A DNA stretch of 30,638 nt from assembly GCA_038209745.1 (NCBI GenBank), contig JBBQXJ010000059.1, positions 1 to 30,638 of the forward strand, given 5' to 3'. The position numbers and the translations under genes were made by a program. The stretch is from Verrucomicrobiota bacterium. GTDB lineage: Bacteria; Verrucomicrobiota; Verrucomicrobiia; Limisphaerales; CANJSG01. A model generated the notes under the pieces. That model ran no database searches. It saw only the letters and a list, made by a program, of their open reading frames with translations, and was not told the origin of the DNA. Below, piece by piece: positions 1 through 8,584 of the stretch (position 1 is its first letter; the number at the start of each line of letters is the position of its first letter).

Positions 1-164
1 CTCCCTTCCATCGGGCCACCCCGGGTCTTCCCCTTTGCTTTCCCATTTCCATTTTCAACGCCCCGCTTCCAAAAAGGTCGGTTTTTGGAAGTCCCCTTAA
101 GAGAAACGTTGCGATTTGCTTTCCACGCCTTGCCTGCCCAGCCGCTTACTTTAGCCTAGGCATC

Positions 165-257
165 ATGACTTTGCTGGACCCGATGACCGATCTCGCGCGC
201 CGCGCCAAGGTGGCGTCGCGCGCTTTGGCCAAGCTGACCTTGAATGTGCGGGCTTGA
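165..257 (+). pseudogene. Duplicated 5' fragment of proA (30 codons, MTLLDPMTDLARRAKVASRALAKLTLNVRA*)
   Basis: 165-239 matches 632-706 at 71/75 nt, then diverges and stops at TGA 255-257. Confidence 0.85.
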
Positions 258-291
258 TCGCACGAAGCCCCGGAGGCTGCTGGGCCGTTCC

Positions 292-515
292 AACCCGGAG
301 GGTTGGCAGCCATTAGCCGGGGGTTGAGCGCAGCGACACCCCCGGAACAGCATCCTCGCATCGAACCGCACCCTGAAGGGGTGCCATCGCCGTCCACACG
401 GACGCGGCGTTGCTGGCATCGCTGCGCGATGCGGTTCCTCGGGGCGGTTTTCCGGGGGTGTCGTCGCGCCGCGCGCTCCTCGACCCCCGGCTAATGGATG
501 GCAACCTTTCAGGTT
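292..515. repeat. REP-like nested inverted-repeat element, family A
   Basis: Outer arms aacccggagggttggcagccattagccgggggttgag (from 292) and ctcgacccccggctaatggatggcaacctttcaggtt (to 515) are imperfect reverse complements. There is an inner IR at about 365-436. A homologous arm recurs at 26197-26253. Confidence 0.8.
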
Positions 516-596
516 ACTTTGTCCAACCGTTTTCAAAGGCCAAGCAGACTGCAAAAGCATACACCGCCCGCAGGCGAAGCTATCGTGATAGCCGCC

Positions 597-624
597 TTGC
601 CATTGTCCTCTCTCCTCTTAGCTT
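597..624 (+). promoter_or_regulatory. Putative sigma70 promoter of proA (TTGCCA-N16-TAGCTT), 7 nt before ATG, likely leaderless
   Basis: The same geometry precedes the duplicated fragment (TTGCCT 130-135, N16, TAGCCT 152-157, 7 nt, ATG 165). Confidence 0.5.
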
Positions 625-631
625 CCCCGCC

Positions 632-1918
632 ATGACTTTGCTGGACCAGATGACCGATCTCGCGCGCCGCGCCAAGGTGGCGTCGCGCGCCCTGGCCAAG
701 TTGACCACGGACGAGAAGAACCGCGTGCTCCTCGCCATGGCCGACGCCATCGAGAAGGCCAAACCCGCCATCCAGCAGGCCAACGCCTTCGACATGGACG
801 CCGGCGCCAAGGCCGGTCTCAGCAAGGCCATGCTCGACCGTCTCAAGCTCGACTACAAACGCATCGCCGGCATGGCCAACGGTCTGCGCGAAGTCGCCGC
901 CTTGCCCGATCCGGTCGGTCGCCTGCTCGATGAACGCATCCGCCCGAACGGCTTGAAGCTCCAAAAGGTGTCGGTTCCCATCGGAGTCATCGTCATCATC
1001 TACGAGTCGCGCCCGAACGTAACGGCCGACGCCGCCAGCCTCTGTTTCAAGACCGGCAACGCCACCATTCTGCGCGGCGGCAAGGAAGCGCTGAACTCCA
1101 ACACCGCCATTGCCAACGTCATGATCGCTGCGGCCACCAAGGCCTTGCCCGGCTTTCCGGCCGACGCCATCCAGGTGGTGCCGACGACCGACCGGGAGGC
1201 CATTCCCGCGCTGCTGTCGCTCACCCAATACGTGGATCTCTGCATGCCCCGCGGCGGCGAGAGCCTCATCCGCGCCGTGACGGATTGCAGCAAGGTGCCG
1301 GTGATCAAACACTACAAGGGCGTCTGCCACGTCTTCGTGGATCGCGAAGCCGATTTGAAGATGGCCGAAGCCATCGCCGTGAACGCCAAGTGCCAGCGCC
1401 CCGCCGTCTGCAACGCGATGGAGACGTTGCTGGTGGACGCGTCCGTGGCCGCCCAGTTCCTGCCCTCCGTGGCCGCGAAGATGGTGGAGAGCGACGTCGA
1501 ATTCCGCTGCGATCCGCGTGCGTTCGCCGTGTTGACGGACCACTTCAGCGGCAACGTCTCCAAGCTGAAGGAGGCGCACGACACGGACTTCTTCACCGAA
1601 TACAACGACTACGTGCTGAACGTCCGCGTGGTGGACGGCGTGGATGCGGCCATCGACCACATCGCCAACTACGGTTCCGCTCATTCGGACAGCATCGTCA
1701 CCGCGAACGAAACGACAGCGCGGAAGTTCATGGCCGAGGTCGATTCCGCCGCGGTGTATTGGAACGCCTCCACTCGCTTCACCGATGGCGGCGAATTCGG
1801 CATGGGCGCGGAGATCGGCATCAGCACCGACAAGATCGGCGCGCGCGGTCCGATGGGCCTGGACGAGTTGACCACCTACAAGTGGCTGGGCTTCGGGACG
1901 GGGCAGATCCGCGCCTAG
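632..1918 (+). CDS. proA: Gamma-glutamyl phosphate reductase (glutamate-5-semialdehyde dehydrogenase)
   Basis: Motifs IIYESRPNVT, LRGGKEA, PRGG, VCNAMETLL (catalytic Cys) and NASTRFTDGGEFGMGAEIGIST. Start moved from 410 to ATG 632 because the upstream extension runs through the REP element. Confidence 0.95.
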   Translation: MTLLDQMTDLARRAKVASRALAKLTTDEKNRVLLAMADAIEKAKPAIQQANAFDMDAGAKAGLSKAMLDRLKLDYKRIAGMANGLREVAALPDPVGRLLDERIRPNGLKLQKVSVPIGVIVIIYESRPNVTADAASLCFKTGNATILRGGKEALNSNTAIANVMIAAATKALPGFPADAIQVVPTTDREAIPALLSLTQYVDLCMPRGGESLIRAVTDCSKVPVIKHYKGVCHVFVDREADLKMAEAIAVNAKCQRPAVCNAMETLLVDASVAAQFLPSVAAKMVESDVEFRCDPRAFAVLTDHFSGNVSKLKEAHDTDFFTEYNDYVLNVRVVDGVDAAIDHIANYGSAHSDSIVTANETTARKFMAEVDSAAVYWNASTRFTDGGEFGMGAEIGISTDKIGARGPMGLDELTTYKWLGFGTGQIRA

Positions 1919-1988
1919 AGATTTCTCCAGCGCATTTGCCGATGCACGTCGCTGGGTTAGAACTGGGCTCGTGAATCGCGCCGAAGCC

Positions 1989-3335
1989 ATGTGTCCCTCA
2001 TCCCCATTCGATCCGTCCGACCGAGCGGCCGCGATCCGAGAAGCCCTGCCCCCCGGCGGGCTGTTCGCCGACCAGCATTGGCGGATTTCCCCGGAGCCCT
2101 TCGCTCTGGACCCCAAGCTGGCCAAGGAGATCGAGTCGCTCGGTCGCGTGCTTCTCCAGTTCTACCGGGCGGTGAACCTGCTCTATCGCCGCAGCGTCGA
2201 GGGCAAACAGCCGGCGTGGGTCGCCGCGTTGCTCGACCAAGGAAAACCCGCGTGGCTCATCGACCTTCAGCGCCAAGCCGCCTTCAAGAACGAAGTGCCG
2301 CGCGTCATCCGGCCCGACATCCTGCTGACGGAGGACGGGTTCCACATCACGGAACTGGACAGCGTGCCCGGCGGCATCGGCCTGACAGCGTGGCTGAACA
2401 AAACTTACTCGAGTCTCGGCGACGCGGCTCCGGTGATCGGCGGTGAGCGCGGCATGTTCGATGGTTTCGCAGGCATTTTCGGCGACGCGGAGCGGGTGCA
2501 CCTCGTGGTGTCCGAGGAAGCGGCTGGCTACCGCCCGGAGATGGAGTGGATGGCGACGGAATTGAACGGGGCCGCGAATTCAAAATTCAAAATTCAAAAT
2601 TCGGAGTTCGCCGGATTCGCCGATAACGACGCGGTCTATCGGTTCTTCGAGCTGTTCGACACGGCCAACGTGGCGAATGCCCGGACGATCTTCTCGCTCG
2701 CCGCGGAGAAGCGACTGCGCCTGACGCCGCCGCCCAAGCCGATCTTCGAGGAGAAGCTGCTCTTCGCGCTCCTATGGAATCGGAATCTGCGCGACCACTG
2801 GCGGCAGGAACTGGGCGAGAGCTTTCTGAGCCGGCTTCAACGGCACGTTCCCTACACCTGGGTCGTGGACCCGACGCCGTTGCCGCCGCACGCCGCCTAT
2901 CCCGAGCTGGGCCTGACCGATTGGCAGCAGCTGAAAACGATGTCGCAACGGGAGCGCGAATTGATCCTCAAGGTCTCCGGCTACTCGGAGGAAGCGTGGG
3001 GATCCCGCGGCGTGTATCTCGGGAGCGACCTGTCGCAGGCCGAATGGTCGGCGGCGGTGGACAAGGCGCTGGAGGCGTTTCCTCGCTCGCCCTATGTGCT
3101 GCAGCGCTTCCACAAGACGCGAGTGGTGGACTCGGCCTGGTTCGACTTTGCCAACGGCGCGTTGGAGCCGATGCCGGCGCGGGCCCGGCTCTGTCCCTAC
3201 TACTTCGTCCACGGCGAGATCGAGGGCGCCCGGCCCCAACTGGGCGGTGTGCTGGCCACGCTCTGTCCAGCGGACAAGAAGATCATCCACGGGATGAAGG
3301 ACGCGGTGCTGGCGCCGTGCTCCGTGGCGGAGTGA
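1989..3335 (+). CDS. Circularly permuted ATP-grasp / glutathionylspermidine-synthase-like amide ligase, substrate unknown
   Basis: Motifs VIRPDILL, ITELDSVPGG, ILKVSGYSEEAWGSRGV and YVLQRF in the permuted GspS-like order. Start could be GTG 1971 or ATG 1989. Confidence 0.65.
   Translation: MCPSSPFDPSDRAAAIREALPPGGLFADQHWRISPEPFALDPKLAKEIESLGRVLLQFYRAVNLLYRRSVEGKQPAWVAALLDQGKPAWLIDLQRQAAFKNEVPRVIRPDILLTEDGFHITELDSVPGGIGLTAWLNKTYSSLGDAAPVIGGERGMFDGFAGIFGDAERVHLVVSEEAAGYRPEMEWMATELNGAANSKFKIQNSEFAGFADNDAVYRFFELFDTANVANARTIFSLAAEKRLRLTPPPKPIFEEKLLFALLWNRNLRDHWRQELGESFLSRLQRHVPYTWVVDPTPLPPHAAYPELGLTDWQQLKTMSQRERELILKVSGYSEEAWGSRGVYLGSDLSQAEWSAAVDKALEAFPRSPYVLQRFHKTRVVDSAWFDFANGALEPMPARARLCPYYFVHGEIEGARPQLGGVLATLCPADKKIIHGMKDAVLAPCSVAE
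2577..2602. repeat. Heptamer tandem repeat (AATTCAA)3 AATTC inside the ATP-grasp CDS
   Basis: Directly visible. It is an AT-rich patch in a GC-rich gene and encodes NSKFKIQNS. Confidence 0.85.
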
Positions 3336-3341
3336 ACGACA

Positions 3342-3439
3342 GGGGCGCGGACGGCCACGTCCGCGTGTTTGCGTCCTGCTTCCCTTCCCGCTCCACGTTT
3401 CCTTCAACGCGGGCTCGCGGACGCGACCGTCCGCGCTCC
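3342..3439. repeat. REP-like inverted doublet, family B
   Basis: ggggcgcggacggccacgtccgcg (3342-3365) pairs with cgcggacgcgaccgtccgcgctcc (3416-3439). Each arm is itself a hairpin. Confidence 0.75.
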
Positions 3440-3440
3440 T

Positions 3441-3480
3441 AAAAAAAAGAGCCGCCGTTCATCACGGCGGCTCCGTTTTT
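3441..3480. terminator. Bidirectional Rho-independent terminator between the convergent ATP-grasp and glnII genes
   Basis: A8-gagccgccgt-tcatc-acggcggctc-cg-T5. Confidence 0.85.
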
Positions 3481-3505
3481 GGAAGTGGCTTCCGGATTGG
3501 ACCGC

Positions 3506-4528
3506 CTACTTGAGCGGAACAGTCGCGATCGTCTGCAGGATACGGCCGGCGATCTGATACGGATCGCCCTGGGAGTTCGGACGGCGATCCTCGAGATAGC
3601 CCTTGTGGCCGCCGTTGACGAAGCTGTGCGGCACCCGGATGGAGGCGCCGCGGTTGGCCAGACCGTAGTTGAACTTGTCGATCGACTGGGTCTCGTGCAG
3701 ACCGGTCAGGCGGAGATGGTTGTCCGGGCCATACACGGCGATGTGCTCGTTCTTGTATTTGTCGAACGCCGCCATGAGAGATTCGAAGTAGTCCTTCCCG
3801 CCGACTTCGCGCATATGCTCGGTCGAGAAGTTGGCGTGCATGCCGGAGCCGTTCCAGTCGACGTCCTTGCCGAGCGGCTTGCAGTGCCAGTTGACGTCCA
3901 CGCCGTATTTTTCGGTGAGGCGGAGGAGGAGGTAGCGAGCCATCCACATCTCGTCGGCGGCTTTTTTGGAGCCCTTGCCGAAGATCTGGAATTCCCACTG
4001 GCCCTTGGCCACTTCGGCGTTGATGCCTTCGTGGTTGATGCCGGCGTCCAGACACTGGTCGAGGTGCTCTTCGACGATTTCGCGGGCGATGTCGCCGACG
4101 TTCTTGAAGCCGACACCCGTGTAGTATTCGCCCTGGGGAGAGGGGAATCCGTCTTCCGGAAAGCCCAGAGGCCTCCCGTCCTGATAGAAGAAATACTCCT
4201 GCTCGAAGCCGAACCAAGCACCCGGATCGTCCATGATGTTCGCCCTGGAATTGCTCGGGTGCGGGGTCTTGCAGTCGGGCATCATGACTTCGCACATGAC
4301 GAGAGCGCCGTTTTTGCGGGCGGGATCAGGATAGACCGCCACAGGCTTGAGCATGCAGTCGGAACTGCGGCCCTCGGCCTGCCGGGTCGAGCTGCCATCA
4401 AAACCCCACATCGGGAGTTCTTCGAGCTTGGGGAAGCCGCTGAACTCTTTGACCTGGGTTTTGCTGCGGAGGTTCGGGACGGGCTCGTAACCGTCGAGCC
4501 AGATGTATTCCAGTTTGTATTTCGCCAT
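3506..4528 (-). CDS. glnII: Glutamine synthetase type II
   Basis: 340 aa with [72 protein letters not shown] and YLEDRRP. Length and motifs are those of GSII, not GSI. Confidence 0.95.
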   Translation of the reverse strand: MAKYKLEYIWLDGYEPVPNLRSKTQVKEFSGFPKLEELPMWGFDGSSTRQAEGRSSDCMLKPVAVYPDPARKNGALVMCEVMMPDCKTPHPSNSRANIMDDPGAWFGFEQEYFFYQDGRPLGFPEDGFPSPQGEYYTGVGFKNVGDIAREIVEEHLDQCLDAGINHEGINAEVAKGQWEFQIFGKGSKKAADEMWMARYLLLRLTEKYGVDVNWHCKPLGKDVDWNGSGMHANFSTEHMREVGGKDYFESLMAAFDKYKNEHIAVYGPDNHLRLTGLHETQSIDKFNYGLANRGASIRVPHSFVNGGHKGYLEDRRPNSQGDPYQIAGRILQTIATVPLK

Positions 4529-4580
4529 GGAAGTGGATAAAGGATTCTATTGTGGTGTTCCTAACGCAGAGAGACTTTTC

Positions 4581-4596
4581 AGCACTTAGGATGCCG
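4581..4596 (-). promoter_or_regulatory. Putative sigma54 (-24/-12) promoter of glnII
   Basis: Minus strand reads CGGCATCCTAAGTGCT: GG-N10-GC with exact sigma54 spacing, about 52 nt upstream of the glnII ATG. Confidence 0.6.
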
Positions 4597-4865
4597 TGAC
4601 GGAGCGAGACCATGCCGAGCCGGCCCAAGGAATCAAGACCGGGGACGGTTTCCGCGTTTAGGATGTGCCAATTGAGAATGCCAACCCCGTTTGCAAAACC
4701 CAGGATCTCGTCCTGGCAGAGCCTGCTTCAATTTGACCGGCTTGTTCCAAAACAAGCATCTTGATCAACAAGCGTTGTCCTCGACCTTGGATCAATCGCT
4801 CCGGAATCCTTCAACCAAATGAAACTTGGGGTTGCCACTTCCGGGGATCCCGTTAGCTCATCTCC

Positions 4866-5249
4866 ATGCTGAAAGTGAAGGACACGCTCCGGGCCACCGT
4901 CCACCTCAGCTTCGACGGCCGGGTCTTCAAGGTCTACCACGGCACCGATGCGCGGACCCGGTTCGACAAGGAGGTCAAGGTGTTGAAGTTTCTCGAAACC
5001 AAAAACTGCCCGTTCGTCCCCAGGCTGCTCGAAGCCGATCCGGTCAAGCTCCGCATCATCACCACCAATTGCGGCAAACGCGTGGAGCATCTCGACGACG
5101 ACCGGACCAAGGAAATCTTCGACGAGCTCCAACAGTATGGTGTCCGCCACGACGACGCCGAAGCGCGCAACATCACCTACCGGCAGGCCGACGGCCATTT
5201 TTGCGTGATCGATTTCGAATTCGCCACAATCCTATCGGACCCCGCTTAA
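4866..5249 (+). CDS. Minimal protein-kinase-like (PKL) fold protein, 127 aa
   Basis: Candidate beta3 Lys (VFK22), alphaC Glu (DKE36), catalytic loop H95-D-D97-x4-N102 and a DFG equivalent (ID116FE). The protein ends 11 aa after D116. Confidence 0.75.
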   Translation: MLKVKDTLRATVHLSFDGRVFKVYHGTDARTRFDKEVKVLKFLETKNCPFVPRLLEADPVKLRIITTNCGKRVEHLDDDRTKEIFDELQQYGVRHDDAEARNITYRQADGHFCVIDFEFATILSDPA

Positions 5250-5262
5250 CCGCCCGCCTTGC

Positions 5263-6105
5263 ATGGATCATCCTGCCCACCCGCCCGTCGCCACCGGATT
5301 GAAATGGTCCGGCTGCACAGACCGCGGCAAAATCCGCCCGAACAACGAAGACGCCTTTCTCGGCGTCCTGTTCGACGCCCGCGAGGTCCAGCGACTGGGC
5401 AAGATCGGTGAGGCTTCGACCGAACAGAACGACTTCGCCTTCGCCGTGAGCGACGGGATGGGCGGAGCGAAAGCGGGCGAGCTCGCCAGCCGTATCACCG
5501 TCGAAAAAATCACCACCTTGCTGCCCAAATCCTTCCAACAGCGCGCCGCAGGACTCGCCCCCGGGTTTTCCGACGTGTTGCCCGAGCTGTTCGCCCAGAT
5601 TCACCGCGCTTTGGTCGTCGTGGGGGACGCCTATGACGAATGTCGCGGGATGGAGGCGACGTTGAGCCTGTGCTGGTTCACCCCCGGCTGGATGTATTTC
5701 GGCCACGTCGGGGACAGTCGCATCTACTACCTCCCGGCCGGAGCGGACCAGCTCAAACAGCTGAGCGCGGACGACACCCATGTCGGGTGGCTGTTCCGAG
5801 CCGGCAAGATCAACGAGCGCGAAGCCCGGACCCATCCCCGCCGCAGCGTGTTGCAGAAATCGCTCGGTGGTGGAAACCAGTTCGTCGATCCCCAGCTTGG
5901 AGCCGTGGGCTACGAATCGGGCGATCTCTTTCTCATCTGCTCGGACGGGTTGGTGGACGGGCTCTATGACCGCAGTTTGGTGGAGTTGCTTCGGTCTCCC
6001 ACCGCGGCCCAATCCGCAGCCAGTCCCGCCCAGAGGCTGGTGACCGCCGCCGTGCAGGCCTCCGGCCGCGACAACACCACCGCCGTGGTCGTCGAGGTGC
6101 AGTGA
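5263..6105 (+). CDS. PP2C/PPM-family Ser/Thr protein phosphatase
   Basis: TDRGKIRPNNEDAF, VSDGMGG, HVGDSRIY, CSDGL and GRDNTT. It starts 13 nt after the kinase stop. Confidence 0.93.
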   Translation: MDHPAHPPVATGLKWSGCTDRGKIRPNNEDAFLGVLFDAREVQRLGKIGEASTEQNDFAFAVSDGMGGAKAGELASRITVEKITTLLPKSFQQRAAGLAPGFSDVLPELFAQIHRALVVVGDAYDECRGMEATLSLCWFTPGWMYFGHVGDSRIYYLPAGADQLKQLSADDTHVGWLFRAGKINEREARTHPRRSVLQKSLGGGNQFVDPQLGAVGYESGDLFLICSDGLVDGLYDRSLVELLRSPTAAQSAASPAQRLVTAAVQASGRDNTTAVVVEVQ

Positions 6106-6120
6106 GAAAAGGCACTCCCT

Positions 6121-6156
6121 AAAACGAAACGCCGGCCACAGCAGGTGTGGTCGGCG
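6121..6156 (-). terminator. Putative terminator for glnB, convergent with PP2C
   Basis: Stem cgccggccaca/tgtggtcggcg (6130-6156) followed on the minus strand by tttcgtttt. Confidence 0.6.
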
Positions 6157-6177
6157 CAATAAAGTCGGTCCGGATGA

Positions 6178-6570
<393 letters not shown>

Positions 6571-6617
6571 TCACGGGCCTCCGTCGGTCGTCGAAGCGGG
6601 ACGTTTTCAGGGCGTCA

Positions 6618-6645
6618 TTGACACCGAATAGCTCCCTGATAGCGT
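6618..6645 (+). promoter_or_regulatory. Putative sigma70 promoter of korAB (TTGACA-N16-TAGCGT)
   Basis: Perfect -35 box. Divergent from the glnB promoter. Confidence 0.55.
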
Positions 6646-6719
6646 CCCTTCCATCCAGCAAACGCCATCCTACCTTTTTCATGGGGGCGGCTGCAGGAGC
6701 CAATTCTGTCCAACCGAAC

Positions 6720-8549
6720 ATGAGCGACGCCTTACCGACCGCCGAGCCTTCCAATTCCAGCGGTTCCACCAAAATCACCCAAATCCAGGAAGCGGTCATC
6801 CGCATTGCCGGCAACTCCCAGGACGGCATCCAGGCCATCGGCGGATTCCTCGCACGCCTCGCCGGCCGGAGCGAACAGGAGGTCATGACCTTCATGACCA
6901 TCCCCGCCACCATCTCGGGCGGCCCATCCATCTTCCAGGTCCGCATCGGCTCGGGCGAAGTGCTCAGCCCCGGCGACGAGGCCGACATGCTCGTCGCCTT
7001 CTACCAGCACAGCTACGAGAACCATCTCAACTCGCTCAAGCTCGGCGGGATCGTCCTCTACGACTCCGACCACGTGACCGAGTTCAAGCCCGAGAACCAG
7101 GAGAAGTATCGCCACGTCGGTCTGCCCATCTCCAGCCTGACGGTCGAAGCCATCGGCGGCACCGGCCGCGACAAGGGCAAGAACGTCTACACCCTCGGCC
7201 TGCTCGCCCGCGTCTACGACTTGGACATCGAAAAGCTCAAGAAGCTGATCAACGAGCGGTTCACCGGCAAGGATCCCAAGATCGCCGAGACCGCCATCAC
7301 CTGCTTCATGTCGGGCTACAGCCACCAGCTGCAGGACCTGATCAAGACCTACCAGTTCCAGCACGCGGATCTGAAGGGCCACCAGCAGGTCGTGATGAAC
7401 GGCAACGAAGCCCTCACCTACGGACTCATCACCGCCGGCATCCGCTTCGGCGCCGGCTACCCGATCACGCCCTGGTCCGACATCATGGAACTTCTCCGCA
7501 AGGAGCTGCCCAAATACGGCGGCAGCTTCCTCCAGTGCGAGGACGAGATCGCCTCCGTCTCCATGGCCATCGGGGCCGGTTGGGGCGGCCGCGTCGCGGT
7601 CACCGGTTCCTCCGGTCCCGGCATCTCCCTCAAGACCGAGGCCATCGGCTGGGCGGTCATGGCGGAAATCCCCCTGATCGTCGTGGATGTGCAGCGCGGC
7701 GGACCGTCCACCGGATTGCCGACCAATGTTGAACAGTCGGACCTGAACATCGCCTGCTTCGGCGGCCACGGCGACAGCCCGCGTGTCGTGCTCGCTCCGG
7801 CCAGCGTCGAGGACTGCTTCTACACCGCGATCGAGGCCGTGAACATCGCCCGCAAGTTCAGCACCCCGGTCTTCATCCTCAGCGACCAGGGCATCGCCAC
7901 CCGCATCGAGGCGTTCGCCGAGCCGAACCTCAAGGAGCTCTTCCAGGACATCTCCCCGGATCTCACCCCGGTGGCCGACCACAAACCCTATGACCTTTCC
8001 GCCCCCGACGGTGTCACTCGCCATCTGGCGCCCGGCACCCGCGTGGCCAGCGGCAAATACCCTGTCGTCACCGGTCTGGAGCATGACGAGCTCGGCCATC
8101 CCACCGGCTCGCCCAAGCTCCACGTCGCCATGACGGCCAAGCGGCGCAACAAGATCAAGAAGCTCGCCTCCGAGATCCCGACCCCGAAGACCTACGGCCC
8201 GAACGAAGGCCAGATCCTCATCGTCGGGTGGGGCAGCACCCGAGGCCCGATCTGCGAAGCCGTGGACAAGTTCCGCTCCCTTGGCGACGCCGTTTCCGCG
8301 CTGCACATCAAGCACATCAATCCGCTGCCCAACGGGCTCGACGAGATCTTCAAGGGCTTCCACCACGTCCTCGTGGTGGAGATGAACGACGAAGGGCTCT
8401 ACGGACAGGGCCAGTTCGCCGCGCTGCTCCGGGCCCGCTTCGCCGATCCCAGGATCAAGGGCATCACCAAGGTCGACGGCCTCAACTGGAAGGTGAAGGA
8501 AATCATCGACCGCGTCCGGACCGCCGCCACCGCCGGACAACCCGCCTAA
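6720..8549 (+). CDS. korA: 2-oxoacid:ferredoxin oxidoreductase alpha subunit (gamma-alpha fusion), probably 2-oxoglutarate-specific
   Basis: AGYPITP, EDEIAS, SSGPG and VQRGGPSTGLPT. Start set at ATG 6720 because the ORF-track TTG 6618 coincides with the -35 box. Substrate specificity is inferred. Confidence 0.88.
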   Translation: MSDALPTAEPSNSSGSTKITQIQEAVIRIAGNSQDGIQAIGGFLARLAGRSEQEVMTFMTIPATISGGPSIFQVRIGSGEVLSPGDEADMLVAFYQHSYENHLNSLKLGGIVLYDSDHVTEFKPENQEKYRHVGLPISSLTVEAIGGTGRDKGKNVYTLGLLARVYDLDIEKLKKLINERFTGKDPKIAETAITCFMSGYSHQLQDLIKTYQFQHADLKGHQQVVMNGNEALTYGLITAGIRFGAGYPITPWSDIMELLRKELPKYGGSFLQCEDEIASVSMAIGAGWGGRVAVTGSSGPGISLKTEAIGWAVMAEIPLIVVDVQRGGPSTGLPTNVEQSDLNIACFGGHGDSPRVVLAPASVEDCFYTAIEAVNIARKFSTPVFILSDQGIATRIEAFAEPNLKELFQDISPDLTPVADHKPYDLSAPDGVTRHLAPGTRVASGKYPVVTGLEHDELGHPTGSPKLHVAMTAKRRNKIKKLASEIPTPKTYGPNEGQILIVGWGSTRGPICEAVDKFRSLGDAVSALHIKHINPLPNGLDEIFKGFHHVLVVEMNDEGLYGQGQFAALLRARFADPRIKGITKVDGLNWKVKEIIDRVRTAATAGQPA

Positions 8550-8584
8550 ACCGAACCCGAGAAGCCAACACTCCCCCAAGTCCC

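Noticed and set aside
66..91. Perfect 10-bp hairpin cttccaaaaa-ggtcgg-tttttggaag in a pyrimidine-rich first 120 bp
   Set aside because: There is no upstream context in the window and no U-tail. I cannot tell an operator, a terminator or low-quality edge sequence apart.
410..631. N-terminal extension of the proA ORF
   Set aside because: It runs through the REP element and the promoter. ProA homology starts at ATG 632.
533..2125. 530-aa antisense ORF, and likewise 3479-4540, 6732-8654, 8546-9964, 14410-16305, 16904-17890, 18376-20421, 26178-28232 and 28437-29468
   Set aside because: These are shadow ORFs opposite well-supported genes, expected from high-GC codon bias, with no recognisable motifs.
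4651..4730. Additional sigma54-like TGGCA sites (minus strand at 4670, plus strand at 4714)
   Set aside because: GG-to-GC spacing is 12 and 8 nt rather than the required 10.
8228..8584. Upstream extension of the korB ORF
   Set aside because: It overlaps korA in another frame and is Arg/Pro-rich noise. The real start is ATG 8585.
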